Source of the DNA: Solirubrobacterales bacterium
Lineage (GTDB): Bacteria > Actinomycetota > Thermoleophilia > Solirubrobacterales > JACPNS01
Assembly (NCBI GenBank): GCA_047605325.1
Contig: JASGFX010000001.1
Coordinates: forward strand, 59,463 to 123,462
Direction of reading: 5' to 3'
Length of the DNA: 64,000 nucleotides
Shown: positions 12,556 to 23,389 of the stretch, one piece after another
How positions within the stretch are numbered: the first letter of the stretch is position 1
Layout: the number at the start of each line of letters is the position of its first letter
Notes under the pieces: model-generated
The model's input: the letters and a program-made list of their open reading frames with translations, nothing else
Database searches by the model: none
Told to the model about the DNA's origin: nothing
Position numbers and translations under genes: made by a program

Positions 12556-14106
12556 ATGAATCTCGGCCTGACCATCCTTCTCGTGCTGCCGCTGATCGGT
12601 GCCGGAATCGCCGTGCTGATGCCGGCGAAGCAGGTCGGCTCGATGGCCGCGATCATGACGCTGCTGCCAGTCGGGTATCTGATTCCGGTCGTCGCCAGCT
12701 TCAAGACCGACGGCAAGATCGTCGGCTTCGTCAACGAGATGTGGATCCCGCAGCTCGGCGTCCACTACTCGCTCGGTCTCGACGGCCTGAACATCTTTCT
12801 CGCGGCGCTGACGGTGATCGCCTGGACGATCGCGACCTTCGCCGCCGCCCGCCGCGAGATCGACTCGCCGCGGATGTTCTACGCGATGCTCGCGCTCGCC
12901 GAGGTCGGCACGCTCGGCGCGTTCATGGCGCAGGACCTGATCCTCTTCGTGCTGTTCTTCGACCTCCTGCTGATCCCGTTCTACTTCCTGATCGGAATGT
13001 GGGGCCAGGACACCGAACTCGGCGATCGCCGCCGCGCGACCGCGACCTTCATGATCTACACGCTGGCCGGTTCGCTGCTGATGCTGGTGGCGGCCGTCGC
13101 GCTGGGCGTGCTCTCCTCGACCCAGAACCACTCGCCGCTCAGCTTCGAGTTCGTCGATCTGATCAACAACCCCGTCTCGCACGGCACGCAGAACTGGATC
13201 TTCGTCGGTTTCCTGATCGCGCTGCTCGTGAAGATGCCGATCCCGCCGCTGCACGGCTGGATGCCGATCACGTACCGAGCGACCCCGCTGCCGGTGCTGA
13301 TCGTGCTCTCGGCCGTCGTCGCCAAGCTCGGCGCCTACGGCTTCCTGCGGGTTGTGCTGCCGATGCTGCCGCAGGCCGTCGGATCTTTCCAGGCCTTCAT
13401 CCTGTTGCTGGCGGTCATCGGCATCGTCTACGGCTCGATCATGGCCTTCAGCCAGGATCAGGCACGGCTCGTGATCGGCTACTCGTCGATCGCGCAGATC
13501 GGCTTTGTGTTGCTCGGCATCTTCGTGGTCGACGCCAAGGGCGCCGAGGGAGCGGTGCTGCAGATGGTCAACCACGGCGTCGTCGTGATCGGTCTGATGC
13601 TGATCATCGGCTTCCTCGCAGAGCGAGCGGGCAGCGAGAAGCTGTCCGAGATGGGAGGCCTCGCCAAGCGCGCGCCGATCTTCGCCGCGCTGTTCCTGAT
13701 CGTCGCGCTGGCCACGCTGGCGATGCCCGGCTCGGCAAACTTCGTCGGCGAGACCTACATCCTCTTCGGCGCCTTCAGCACGCACTTCGCGTGGGGCGCG
13801 GTGAGCACGATCGGCGTCGTGCTGGCTGCCGTCTACATGCTGCGCTTCTTCCAGAAGTCGATGCACAATCGCGGCTCGGCCGGCGACGAAGAAACCGAGG
13901 CGCGTTCGCGTGAGCTTGACGGCTACGAGCTCGGGCTGCTGGTCCCCGCGGTGCTGATCGTGCTGGCCTTCGCTGTGTATCCGCAGTATCTCGTCGAGCG
14001 CGTCGAGCCCGGCGCCAAGAACGCCGTGACGATTCCGAAGGCCGCGATCGACGCGGGTGATGTCGACACCTTCAAGGCCGTCAAGTGGAAGGAGGCCAGC
14101 AGGTGA
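12556..14106 (+). CDS. nuoM: NADH-quinone oxidoreductase subunit M
   Basis: 516 aa antiporter-like subunit. Position is between nuoL and nuoN. Confidence 0.93.
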   Translation: MNLGLTILLVLPLIGAGIAVLMPAKQVGSMAAIMTLLPVGYLIPVVASFKTDGKIVGFVNEMWIPQLGVHYSLGLDGLNIFLAALTVIAWTIATFAAARREIDSPRMFYAMLALAEVGTLGAFMAQDLILFVLFFDLLLIPFYFLIGMWGQDTELGDRRRATATFMIYTLAGSLLMLVAAVALGVLSSTQNHSPLSFEFVDLINNPVSHGTQNWIFVGFLIALLVKMPIPPLHGWMPITYRATPLPVLIVLSAVVAKLGAYGFLRVVLPMLPQAVGSFQAFILLLAVIGIVYGSIMAFSQDQARLVIGYSSIAQIGFVLLGIFVVDAKGAEGAVLQMVNHGVVVIGLMLIIGFLAERAGSEKLSEMGGLAKRAPIFAALFLIVALATLAMPGSANFVGETYILFGAFSTHFAWGAVSTIGVVLAAVYMLRFFQKSMHNRGSAGDEETEARSRELDGYELGLLVPAVLIVLAFAVYPQYLVERVEPGAKNAVTIPKAAIDAGDVDTFKAVKWKEASR

Positions 14107-15641
14107 ACACCCTCCTCGCAGCAGCCAGCGTCAAGGCTCCTTCGGTCGAATGGAACGCCTTGATCCCGTTCCTGATCCTCGGCGGCGGTGCGATTGTCAC
14201 GCTGTTCGCCTCTCTGATCGCCGGGCGCGTCGCCCAGCGCGGCCTTGCGCCGCTGCTTGCGGTCGCGACGCTGATCGCCGCGGGGGTGTTCTTCGCGCTC
14301 GGCATCAATGAGCCGCACCACAACGTTCTGACCGGCGCGATCAGCATCGACAATCTGACCGACGTCTTCAGCCTGATCTTCATCGCCGCCGCACTCTGCG
14401 CGATCGGGCTCGCCTTCCGGTCCGACACGCTCACGAACTTCGGTCGCGGCGAGTTCTACGCGCTGCTGATCAGCGTGGTGCTCGGGATGTGCCTGCTGGC
14501 GGGCGCCGAGAACCTCGTCACGGTGTTCCTCGCGCTCGAACTCTTCTCGATCCCGCTCTACGTGCTCTGCGCCGCCGACCTGCGCCGCGAGGGCTCGCTC
14601 GAGTCGGGCATCAAGTATCTGATCATCGGGTCGCTCGGCTCGGCGACTCTGCTCTACGGCATGGCGCTGATCTACGGCGCGACTGGTTCGACCGACTTCT
14701 CCGGGATCCGCGAGGTGCTCGAGACCGTCTCCGAGGCCGCGGGAGACCCGCTGCTGCTCGCCGGAGTCGCGCTGACCTTTGTCGGTATCGCTTTCAAAGC
14801 TTCGATCGCCCCGTTCCACCAGTGGACGCCGGACGTCTATCAGGGCGCGCCGACTCCGGTCACCTCGTTCATGGCCGTCGCCACCAAGGCTGCAGCTTTC
14901 GCACTGCTGCTGCGTTTCACCGGTGAGGCGATCCGCCCGATCATCGACAACTGGCAGTGGCCGCTGGCGATCCTCGCGGTTGTGACGATCGTCGTCGGAA
15001 ACCTTGGCGCGATGGGGCAGAGCTCGCTCAAGCGCATGCTCGGCTACTCCGGAGTGGCGCAGGCCGGCTATCTGCTCGTCGGAGTGATCGTCGGCAGCGC
15101 ATTCGGTGCGCGCGCGACGGTCTTCTACCTGTTCGTCTATCTGTTCATGAACGTGGCACCGTTCGCCGTGATCACCGCGCGCGAGCGCGCCGGCGCCGGT
15201 GATGGTTTTGACTCTCTGCGCGGCCTCGGCCGCGAGGCCCCGGCGCTCGCCTGGTCGATGACGATCTCGATGATCGCGCTGTCCGGTCTGCCGATCACCG
15301 GCGGATTCATCGGGAAGCTCTTCTTGATCCAGGCGTCCGTGGACGGCGGTTGGTCATGGCTGGCCGTGGTGATCGTGCTCGGATCTGCGATGTCGCTGGT
15401 GTATTACCTGCGCGTGATCGCGACGATCTGGATGGGGGTTTCCGTGCCCAGCTCGGCGCCGTCCATCGGGGATCCCGCACCCACCGGGGCGGTCCCGGAA
15501 GCCGACACCCGCCGGCACCCCGAACTGGTCGCAATCGCAGTGCTGGCGGCACTTGCCAGCGTCGTCTTCGGCTTCTGGCCGGGTCCGCTGCTCGATCTTG
15601 CCCGCGACGCGGCGATCGCCTTTCTGCAGCTGACGATCTAG
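14103..15641 (+). CDS. nuoN: NADH-quinone oxidoreductase subunit N
   Basis: Antiporter-like subunit (FKASIAPFHQWTPDVYQGAPTPVTSFMAV). GTG 14103 has GGAGG 7 nt upstream and overlaps the nuoM stop. Alternative start at 14085. Confidence 0.92.
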   Translation: MNTLLAAASVKAPSVEWNALIPFLILGGGAIVTLFASLIAGRVAQRGLAPLLAVATLIAAGVFFALGINEPHHNVLTGAISIDNLTDVFSLIFIAAALCAIGLAFRSDTLTNFGRGEFYALLISVVLGMCLLAGAENLVTVFLALELFSIPLYVLCAADLRREGSLESGIKYLIIGSLGSATLLYGMALIYGATGSTDFSGIREVLETVSEAAGDPLLLAGVALTFVGIAFKASIAPFHQWTPDVYQGAPTPVTSFMAVATKAAAFALLLRFTGEAIRPIIDNWQWPLAILAVVTIVVGNLGAMGQSSLKRMLGYSGVAQAGYLLVGVIVGSAFGARATVFYLFVYLFMNVAPFAVITARERAGAGDGFDSLRGLGREAPALAWSMTISMIALSGLPITGGFIGKLFLIQASVDGGWSWLAVVIVLGSAMSLVYYLRVIATIWMGVSVPSSAPSIGDPAPTGAVPEADTRRHPELVAIAVLAALASVVFGFWPGPLLDLARDAAIAFLQLTI

Positions 15642-15740
15642 CTCCGCATACCGCGTCTGGACGTTCGTTTGACGGGGCCAGGCCCTACCCAAATTTGTTT
15701 GCTTCATTGTGCAAGCGGGTTTGCGGGTTGAGTCGGCGTT

Positions 15741-17996
15741 ATGGAGCCATATTCGCGGTCAAGAACCGGCCGCGAACCGGTCGATACAGCCCGCGTAATG
15801 GAGGAAACGCAGCTCAGCGACATGGATCTCGGCGCGGCCGTGGATGACGGACCTTCCGCGGCGGAGAGCCACAATCGCGTTCTCCGCCTCGAGGGATCGG
15901 CCGACGTCAATGCCGAACTCGCCGAGATCGGGCTTTCGAACAAGTCCGGTTGGTACGCATCGATCGTGCTCTACGGCGTCGGCGGCCTGGTCACCGTCGC
16001 CGCAGGGCTGCTGCGCCCAGAAGTCGTCCCGATGGGCGTCACCTATCTGGGGTGCATGGCGGTACTGCTGTCGCTGCTGTCGATCGTCGGAGCGCGCTTC
16101 CTCACCAACGCCGACTGGGCGACGCATGCGCGCCTGATCGCCGGCCTGCTGATTTTTCTGGTCGGCGCCTTCGTCGCCGGCGACCTGCGCATCGCATTCG
16201 TGATGATGCCGCTGTTCGTGCTGATAACGCCGACATTTCTGTACGGCGCACGCTTCGCGCTTCCGTATGTCTGCGTCGTCACGCCGGCGCTTCTGCTTGT
16301 CGTGCTGCTGACGCCCGGGGCCGGCCACGTCGCGCACGCGATCATCTCGGCCGGAACGATCCTCGCGATCACATCCTCTTTCATGGCCGCCGAGCACCGC
16401 ACCCGCGCGCTCGCCCGTGCCAACCGCCGGATGGCCTACTCCGACCCGCTGACCGGAATCGCCAACACCCGCAGGCTGCGCGAGACGCTCGCCGCCGCGC
16501 TCGGCGCTCCGACGATCGAGGAGAAGCCGTTTGCGCTGTTCGCGATCGATCTCGACAACTTCAAGCAGGTCAATGACACCTTCGATCACACGACCGGGGA
16601 CAAGGTGCTGCGCGCAGTCGCGCAGGCGCTCGCCGCCGAGGCCGGGGAGGACGATCTCGTCGCCCGGCGCGGCGGCGACGAGTTCTCTGTGCTGATCGCT
16701 CATCCGGCGGGAATCGACCTCGAGCGCCTCACGCTGCGTCTCTCTCGCGCGATCGAGCGGGCTCGCCTTGCGACATGTCCCCAGGTCACGCCGAGCGGCA
16801 GCGTCGCCTACGTCTTCTCCGAGACCGACGATTCGATTTCAAGTGTGCTCCAGCGCGCCGACGATGCGCTCCACGAGTCGAAGCTGGCCTTCCGCGCCGG
16901 TGAGCGCCCGATGCTCGCGGCCGACGACGCCGATCCGGCAGAGCGCGACCGCCGCGTGCGTGCGGCCGGGCGCGAAGCGGCGCTGCGTTCGGTCTCGGCC
17001 GCGGTCAGCCGCGCCTACAGCAAGCCCGGCTCCAGCCGGGGCAAGAAGCAGTTCGACTTCTGGCGCGCAACAGTTTTCCGTCACGTCGCGAGGCTCGATC
17101 TGCTCTGGACCTACGTCGGCGCGACGGCGCTGCCGATGGGCGCGGCGATCATGGTGCTGACCGCGGTCGGTGCGCTGTCCCCGCTGCCGCTCGGGATCGG
17201 ACTCGCCGCGGGCGGAGTGATCGTCGGACTCGGAATCTTCTCGCTGCACGCGGCGCGCGTCGGGGTCCGCAAGGCGTGGATCTTCTGGACGATGCTCGGT
17301 CTGATCGGCGCGCTCAGCATTGCGGTCGCGTTCGCGGCGGAGACGGGCACGGCGCTGCTCGACATCTACGTCGTGCTCGCGCTGTTCGGCTTCTACTTCC
17401 TGCGCACGCGCGAAGCGCTCTTCACGATGGCACTCTCGAGCGCGCTGTTCGTCGGCTTCGCCTTTTCAAGTGACTCACCGTACGCCGGGATCCGTTCGGC
17501 CGTCACCGTGAGCGTGATTCTCGCCGCCACGGCGATCGTGATCAAGGTGCGCAGCGTGACGCTCGGCTTCGTGCGCAAGAACCGCGAACTCAGCGAGGTC
17601 GACGAACTGACCGGCGTGCCGAACCTGCGTGCGCTGAAGCTGCGTATCGAGTCGGCGATCGAGGAGCAGTCGAAGAGTGACGTCAAGGGCGTCCCGATGA
17701 TCATGACCGTCGACCTGGATCGTTTCAAGCTCGTCAATGACCGCTACAACCACACGACCGGCGACAAGGTGCTCGAGGCTGCCGCCCGCGCGATCTCTGA
17801 GTCGGTGCGGATCGACGAAATGGTCGCCCGCCGCGGCGGCGACGAGTTCTTCGTGCTCTTCTCGCGCTCGAACCCGGGACACCTCGAAGCGGCGATCCCG
17901 CGCGTCGAGGCCGCCGTCAGCCACGCGCGCGAGCGCATCTGCCCCGACCTCACTCCGACGGCAACCGTCGGCTGGGTCGAGTGGCGCGAGGGCTGA
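15741..17996 (+). CDS. membrane protein with two [multi-TM block + GGDEF diguanylate cyclase domain] modules; 3' end appears frameshifted
   Basis: Two GGDEF domains: DPLTGIANTRRL...FAIDLDNFKQVNDTFDHTTGDKVL...RRGGDEFSVLI and DELTGVPNLRAL...MTVDLDRFKLVNDRYNHTTGDKVL...RRGGDEFFVLF. Each is preceded by a block of hydrophobic helices. Confidence 0.85.
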   Translation: MEPYSRSRTGREPVDTARVMEETQLSDMDLGAAVDDGPSAAESHNRVLRLEGSADVNAELAEIGLSNKSGWYASIVLYGVGGLVTVAAGLLRPEVVPMGVTYLGCMAVLLSLLSIVGARFLTNADWATHARLIAGLLIFLVGAFVAGDLRIAFVMMPLFVLITPTFLYGARFALPYVCVVTPALLLVVLLTPGAGHVAHAIISAGTILAITSSFMAAEHRTRALARANRRMAYSDPLTGIANTRRLRETLAAALGAPTIEEKPFALFAIDLDNFKQVNDTFDHTTGDKVLRAVAQALAAEAGEDDLVARRGGDEFSVLIAHPAGIDLERLTLRLSRAIERARLATCPQVTPSGSVAYVFSETDDSISSVLQRADDALHESKLAFRAGERPMLAADDADPAERDRRVRAAGREAALRSVSAAVSRAYSKPGSSRGKKQFDFWRATVFRHVARLDLLWTYVGATALPMGAAIMVLTAVGALSPLPLGIGLAAGGVIVGLGIFSLHAARVGVRKAWIFWTMLGLIGALSIAVAFAAETGTALLDIYVVLALFGFYFLRTREALFTMALSSALFVGFAFSSDSPYAGIRSAVTVSVILAATAIVIKVRSVTLGFVRKNRELSEVDELTGVPNLRALKLRIESAIEEQSKSDVKGVPMIMTVDLDRFKLVNDRYNHTTGDKVLEAAARAISESVRIDEMVARRGGDEFFVLFSRSNPGHLEAAIPRVEAAVSHARERICPDLTPTATVGWVEWREG

Positions 17997-18081
17997 CGGT
18001 CGACGACTTCATGGCCGCAGCCGACGGATCATGCACAACGAGAAGCTCGACACTCGCGCGCGCGACTACACACCTGTCTGA
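17993..18081 (+). pseudogene. out-of-frame continuation encoding the missing last helix of GGDEF domain 2
   Basis: Frame -1 gives LTVDDFMAAAD (17993-18025). A further -1 gives RIMHNEKLDTRARDYTPV* (ending 18081). Joined, they align position by position with the domain-1 tail SISSVLQRADDALHESKL. Confidence 0.7.
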
Positions 18082-18188
18082 GAATTCCCGCAATTTCCGC
18101 GGGGCCCTCGCACCGGCCTGAGAGTCGCACGGAATTTGCGCAAAACTGCCACCGGGCTGTCCGATGGTGTGCGAGATTGGGCGCCCGC

Positions 18189-19832
18189 ATGGAAGTGATG
18201 GACGTCGAGAAAACCGCCGATCTACTGGTTCGCGAGAGGTTCAGCGCCGATCAGCGAGAGCTGCTCACGCCCTACTTCACGAACACCGATCTGCCCGTCT
18301 TCGGCATCGTCAATCTGCCCGAGACGGTCAAGGGCGCGATGTTCGCGCGCTACTCGCGCTACGCCGGGTCCTTGAGGCAGATGTTCCTCGACGAGTTCGC
18401 CGGCGACGTCGATCCGGCGAGCGCGGCCACCTACGACGGCGCAGAGGGTGATCGCGCAAGCTCGCTCTACGAGCGCATCTTCGTCGGCTTCGGCGACGAC
18501 TCGGTCGCCCAGCTCGGCGGCGCGCACGTCGCGATGGAATGGGTCTCGAACGTGCTGACCAAGGTGATCCAGCGCGGACGCCTCGCCGCTTACCTCGAGC
18601 AGTCCACCCGCTACATCGCCTACGACGCTCCGATGGAGGGCGTGAGCGTCGGCGCGAATGACGAACCCGGCTACCGCTACTACCGCGGCGCCGATCTCGG
18701 TCCGGCCTACGAAGAGACGATGGATTTCCTCTTCTCCACCTACTCGGAATCGCTGCCGAAGGTGGCCGCGTGGGTCGCCTCCGAGTATCCGGCCGCCGAC
18801 GGGCAGGACGCCGCCGCCCACGCGCGCGCGGTCAAGGCCAAGGCGCTCGATCTGATGCGCGGTCTGTTGCCGGCCGCGAGCCTCAGCCACATGGGCATGT
18901 TCGCCAGCGGCCAGGCCTACGAGTCGCTGCTGCTGCATCTCTTTGCTTCACCGCTTCCCGAGGCGCATGCATACGGGGAGTTGCTGCTCGCCGAACTGCA
19001 GAAGGTGATCCCGAGCTTCGTCCAGCGCGTCGAGCGGCCCGAGCGCGGTGGCCGCTGGATCGACTACCTGCGCTCGCTCAAGAGCGAGAGCGCAGGCTGG
19101 GCCGACAGGCTCGGCATCGGCGAGCCGCAGGGCGACTCCGAGACCGGACCATACGTGCGCCTGCTCGGGCACGAGGGCGACGAGCGCAGGCTCGCCACGG
19201 CGCTGTTGTTCGAGTCGGCCGCCATCTCCGAGTCGGACACGGCGGCGGCCGTCGCAAAGCTCCCGGAGGATCAGCTTGCCAAGCTGCTGGCAGACCTCGT
19301 CGGCGAGCGCGAGAATCGCCGCCACCGCCCGGGACGTGGTTACGAGTCGCTCTCATATCGCTTCGAGATCGTCTCCGACTACGGCGCCTTCCGTGATCTC
19401 CAGCGCCACCGCATGCTGACCTGCCAGTGGCAGCAGCTGACCCCGCACCTGGGCGCCGAAGTGCCCGACGAGCTCGATGCCGCCGGGGTGGGGGATGCCT
19501 TCCGAACTGCGCTCGAAGCGAGCCGCGCCGAGTATGAGCGCCTCGCGGCGGCCGGCCTGAGGGATCAGGCGCCCTATGCGCTCAGTCTTGCCTACCGGCT
19601 GCGCTACATCCTCGATCTCAACGCCCGCGAGGCGATGCAGCTGATCGAGCTGCGCTCGGGCCGCGAAGGACACCCGAGCTACCGCGCCGTCGCCCACTCC
19701 ATGTGGGATCAGATAAACGCCGTCACGCCCGCGGTCGCGCAGGCGATGACCCACGTCGACCGTGAGTCAGAGCCGCGCCTCGAACGCCTGATGAGCGAGA
19801 TCCGCAACGAACGGCGCGCCGCCGGCAGCTGA
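18189..19832 (+). CDS. ThyX-like (flavin-dependent thymidylate synthase fold) protein, long divergent form
   Basis: N-terminal GAMFARYSRY. C-terminal FEIVSDYGAFRDLQRHRM and LNAREAMQLIELRSGREGHPSYRAVAHSM resemble ThyX core segments (xFRQxxRHR and NxRxLxxFxxLR...EIR). About 300 aa are inserted between them. Start is ambiguous: TTG 18177, ATG 18189 or ATG 18198. Confidence 0.6.
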   Translation: MEVMDVEKTADLLVRERFSADQRELLTPYFTNTDLPVFGIVNLPETVKGAMFARYSRYAGSLRQMFLDEFAGDVDPASAATYDGAEGDRASSLYERIFVGFGDDSVAQLGGAHVAMEWVSNVLTKVIQRGRLAAYLEQSTRYIAYDAPMEGVSVGANDEPGYRYYRGADLGPAYEETMDFLFSTYSESLPKVAAWVASEYPAADGQDAAAHARAVKAKALDLMRGLLPAASLSHMGMFASGQAYESLLLHLFASPLPEAHAYGELLLAELQKVIPSFVQRVERPERGGRWIDYLRSLKSESAGWADRLGIGEPQGDSETGPYVRLLGHEGDERRLATALLFESAAISESDTAAAVAKLPEDQLAKLLADLVGERENRRHRPGRGYESLSYRFEIVSDYGAFRDLQRHRMLTCQWQQLTPHLGAEVPDELDAAGVGDAFRTALEASRAEYERLAAAGLRDQAPYALSLAYRLRYILDLNAREAMQLIELRSGREGHPSYRAVAHSMWDQINAVTPAVAQAMTHVDRESEPRLERLMSEIRNERRAAGS

Positions 19833-19839
19833 GGCAGGC

Positions 19840-21231
19840 TCAATCGGCGCCGACGCCGACCTGCTCACCCACAAGAGCACCACGATCCTGCGGCGCAGCC
19901 AACGGTGAGCAGTCGATCGCGGAGAACTCTCCGCGGCCACCCTTGGCCGGCACGAACGCGACGCCGCGGAAGCGCCAGCGCTCGTCTTTGGCGTCGGTCG
20001 CTTTCCAGGTGCAGCGCGTCAGCAGCATTCGCAGGACTACGTCCATCTCGAGCTTGGCGAAGGCGGCGCCGGCGCAGCGCCTGCGTCCGCCTCCGAACGG
20101 CACCCACGAGTAGGTGTCGGGCGCGGCCTCGAGGAAACGCTCGGGTCGGAGGGCGAGTGGGTCGGGGAAGAGTTCGGGATCGTTGTGCAGGCCGAGAAAG
20201 TCGACGACGACGTGCATGCGCGGTGGGATCGTCCACTCGCCCAGCTCGAACGGCTTCACGACCAGGCGCTCGGTCGCGACGATCACCGGGCGTACGCGCT
20301 GCAATTCCCAGATCGTCGCTTCGCGCAGCTTGCTGCCACCTGCGTTGGCCTCGTCGATCAACCGGTCGAGCAGGTCGGGGTGTCGGCGAAGTCGCTCAAC
20401 CGCCCAGGCCAGCGTGCCCGCGGTCGTCTCGTGGCCGGCTACGAGGATCGTCAGCAGTTCGTCGGCGATCTGCGCGCGGGTCATCGCTTCGCCGTCGTCG
20501 TAGCGGGCCTGCAGCAGCAGGGCGAGCACATCATTGCGCTCGGCGAGCTGCGGGTCGGCGTGGCCCTTGTCGACCAGTGTGTTGACGAGTTCGTCGTAGC
20601 GGGCGCGGTGGGCGAGAAAACGCGTCCACGGACTCCAGCTGCCGAGATCCTTCTGCAGGGCCGGCAACGCCGTCATCGCCGAGCCCACCTTCACGAGCGG
20701 CGGGATCACCTCGCGCAGACCCTCGAACTCTTCGTCCTCGGCGCCGAAAACGGCGCGCAGGATCGCGTTCAGCGTGATCCGCATCATCGGTTCGAGCGTG
20801 GGGAACTCATCGCCGGTCTTCCAGGTCTCGAACTCGGCAAGCGCCTCCTCCTCGAAGATGCGCGTGTACGCGCCCATCCGCTCGCCATGGAAAGGCGGCA
20901 GCAGCAGCCGGCGTTCGCGCAGGTGCTCATCTTCGTCGAGAGCGAATATCGAGTGCTTGCCCAGCGTGCGCTTGAGCGGACTCGACTCACCGGAGTGGAG
21001 CACGTCGGGCGCGGCTGTGTAGACCTGCTTGGCAAATTCGGGCGACGCCACGGCGACAGAAAGTCCGAAGCCGGGGACCTCGAGCGTCGCTGCCGGGCCC
21101 TTGCGCGTGCCGATGCGAGTTGCCAGGTCGGGGCGTCCGAGCAGGTAGAGAAGACCGACGCCGATGCCGGGCGCGTGGATCGTTGGCGGGAGTTCCGCGC
21201 CGCGGTATTTCCTCGGCACTCTTCCAAACAT
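19840..21231 (-). CDS. cytochrome P450
   Basis: Heme-thiolate loop FGGGRRRCAGAAFA, I-helix AGHETT, and ExxR (ELQR). ATG at 21231 (MFGRVPRKY) is preferred over the longer ORF start. Confidence 0.92.
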   Translation of the reverse strand: MFGRVPRKYRGAELPPTIHAPGIGVGLLYLLGRPDLATRIGTRKGPAATLEVPGFGLSVAVASPEFAKQVYTAAPDVLHSGESSPLKRTLGKHSIFALDEDEHLRERRLLLPPFHGERMGAYTRIFEEEALAEFETWKTGDEFPTLEPMMRITLNAILRAVFGAEDEEFEGLREVIPPLVKVGSAMTALPALQKDLGSWSPWTRFLAHRARYDELVNTLVDKGHADPQLAERNDVLALLLQARYDDGEAMTRAQIADELLTILVAGHETTAGTLAWAVERLRRHPDLLDRLIDEANAGGSKLREATIWELQRVRPVIVATERLVVKPFELGEWTIPPRMHVVVDFLGLHNDPELFPDPLALRPERFLEAAPDTYSWVPFGGGRRRCAGAAFAKLEMDVVLRMLLTRCTWKATDAKDERWRFRGVAFVPAKGGRGEFSAIDCSPLAAPQDRGALVGEQVGVGAD

Positions 21232-21232
21232 T

Positions 21233-21248
21233 GGTACACCAGTGTACC
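21233..21248. promoter_or_regulatory. 7-bp inverted repeat GGTACAC-CA-GTGTACC abutting the P450 start codon
   Basis: Read directly. The arms are perfect. It begins 2 nt from the P450 ATG, in the 90-nt P450/acs divergent spacer. Confidence 0.3.
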
Positions 21249-21321
21249 GCCGCCAGCCGCCTGCGACGCACAAAGCCGTAGGATGCGTTCGATTGGCCAA
21301 TTTGTCTGTGGGAGGACGTTG

Positions 21322-23292
<1,971 letters not shown>

Positions 23293-23326
23293 TTCGGCCC
23301 GTCGGACGGGCTTGCCCCTTCAATTT

Positions 23327-23351
23327 GTCGGACGGGCTTGCCCCGTCCGAC
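23327..23351 (+). terminator. GC-rich hairpin after acs (10-bp stem GTCGGACGGG/CCCGTCCGAC, 5-nt loop), no U-tract
   Basis: Read directly. The left arm plus loop is the second copy of an 18-nt direct repeat (23301-23318 and 23327-23344). Confidence 0.35.
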
Positions 23352-23389
23352 GTCCCGCCGGTGGATGGGTCGGGCAGGCCGGTGGCTGG

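Noticed and set aside
20185-21321. N-terminal 379 codons of the 1035-aa ORF that ends as acetyl-CoA synthetase.
   Set aside because: This part is antisense to the P450 gene. Acs-like sequence begins only at ATG 21322, which has a GGAGGA RBS.
23301-23344. Direct repeats after acs as a possible mini-CRISPR.
   Set aside because: There are only two 18-nt copies with an 8-nt spacer and no cas genes. They fit a duplicated terminator arm.
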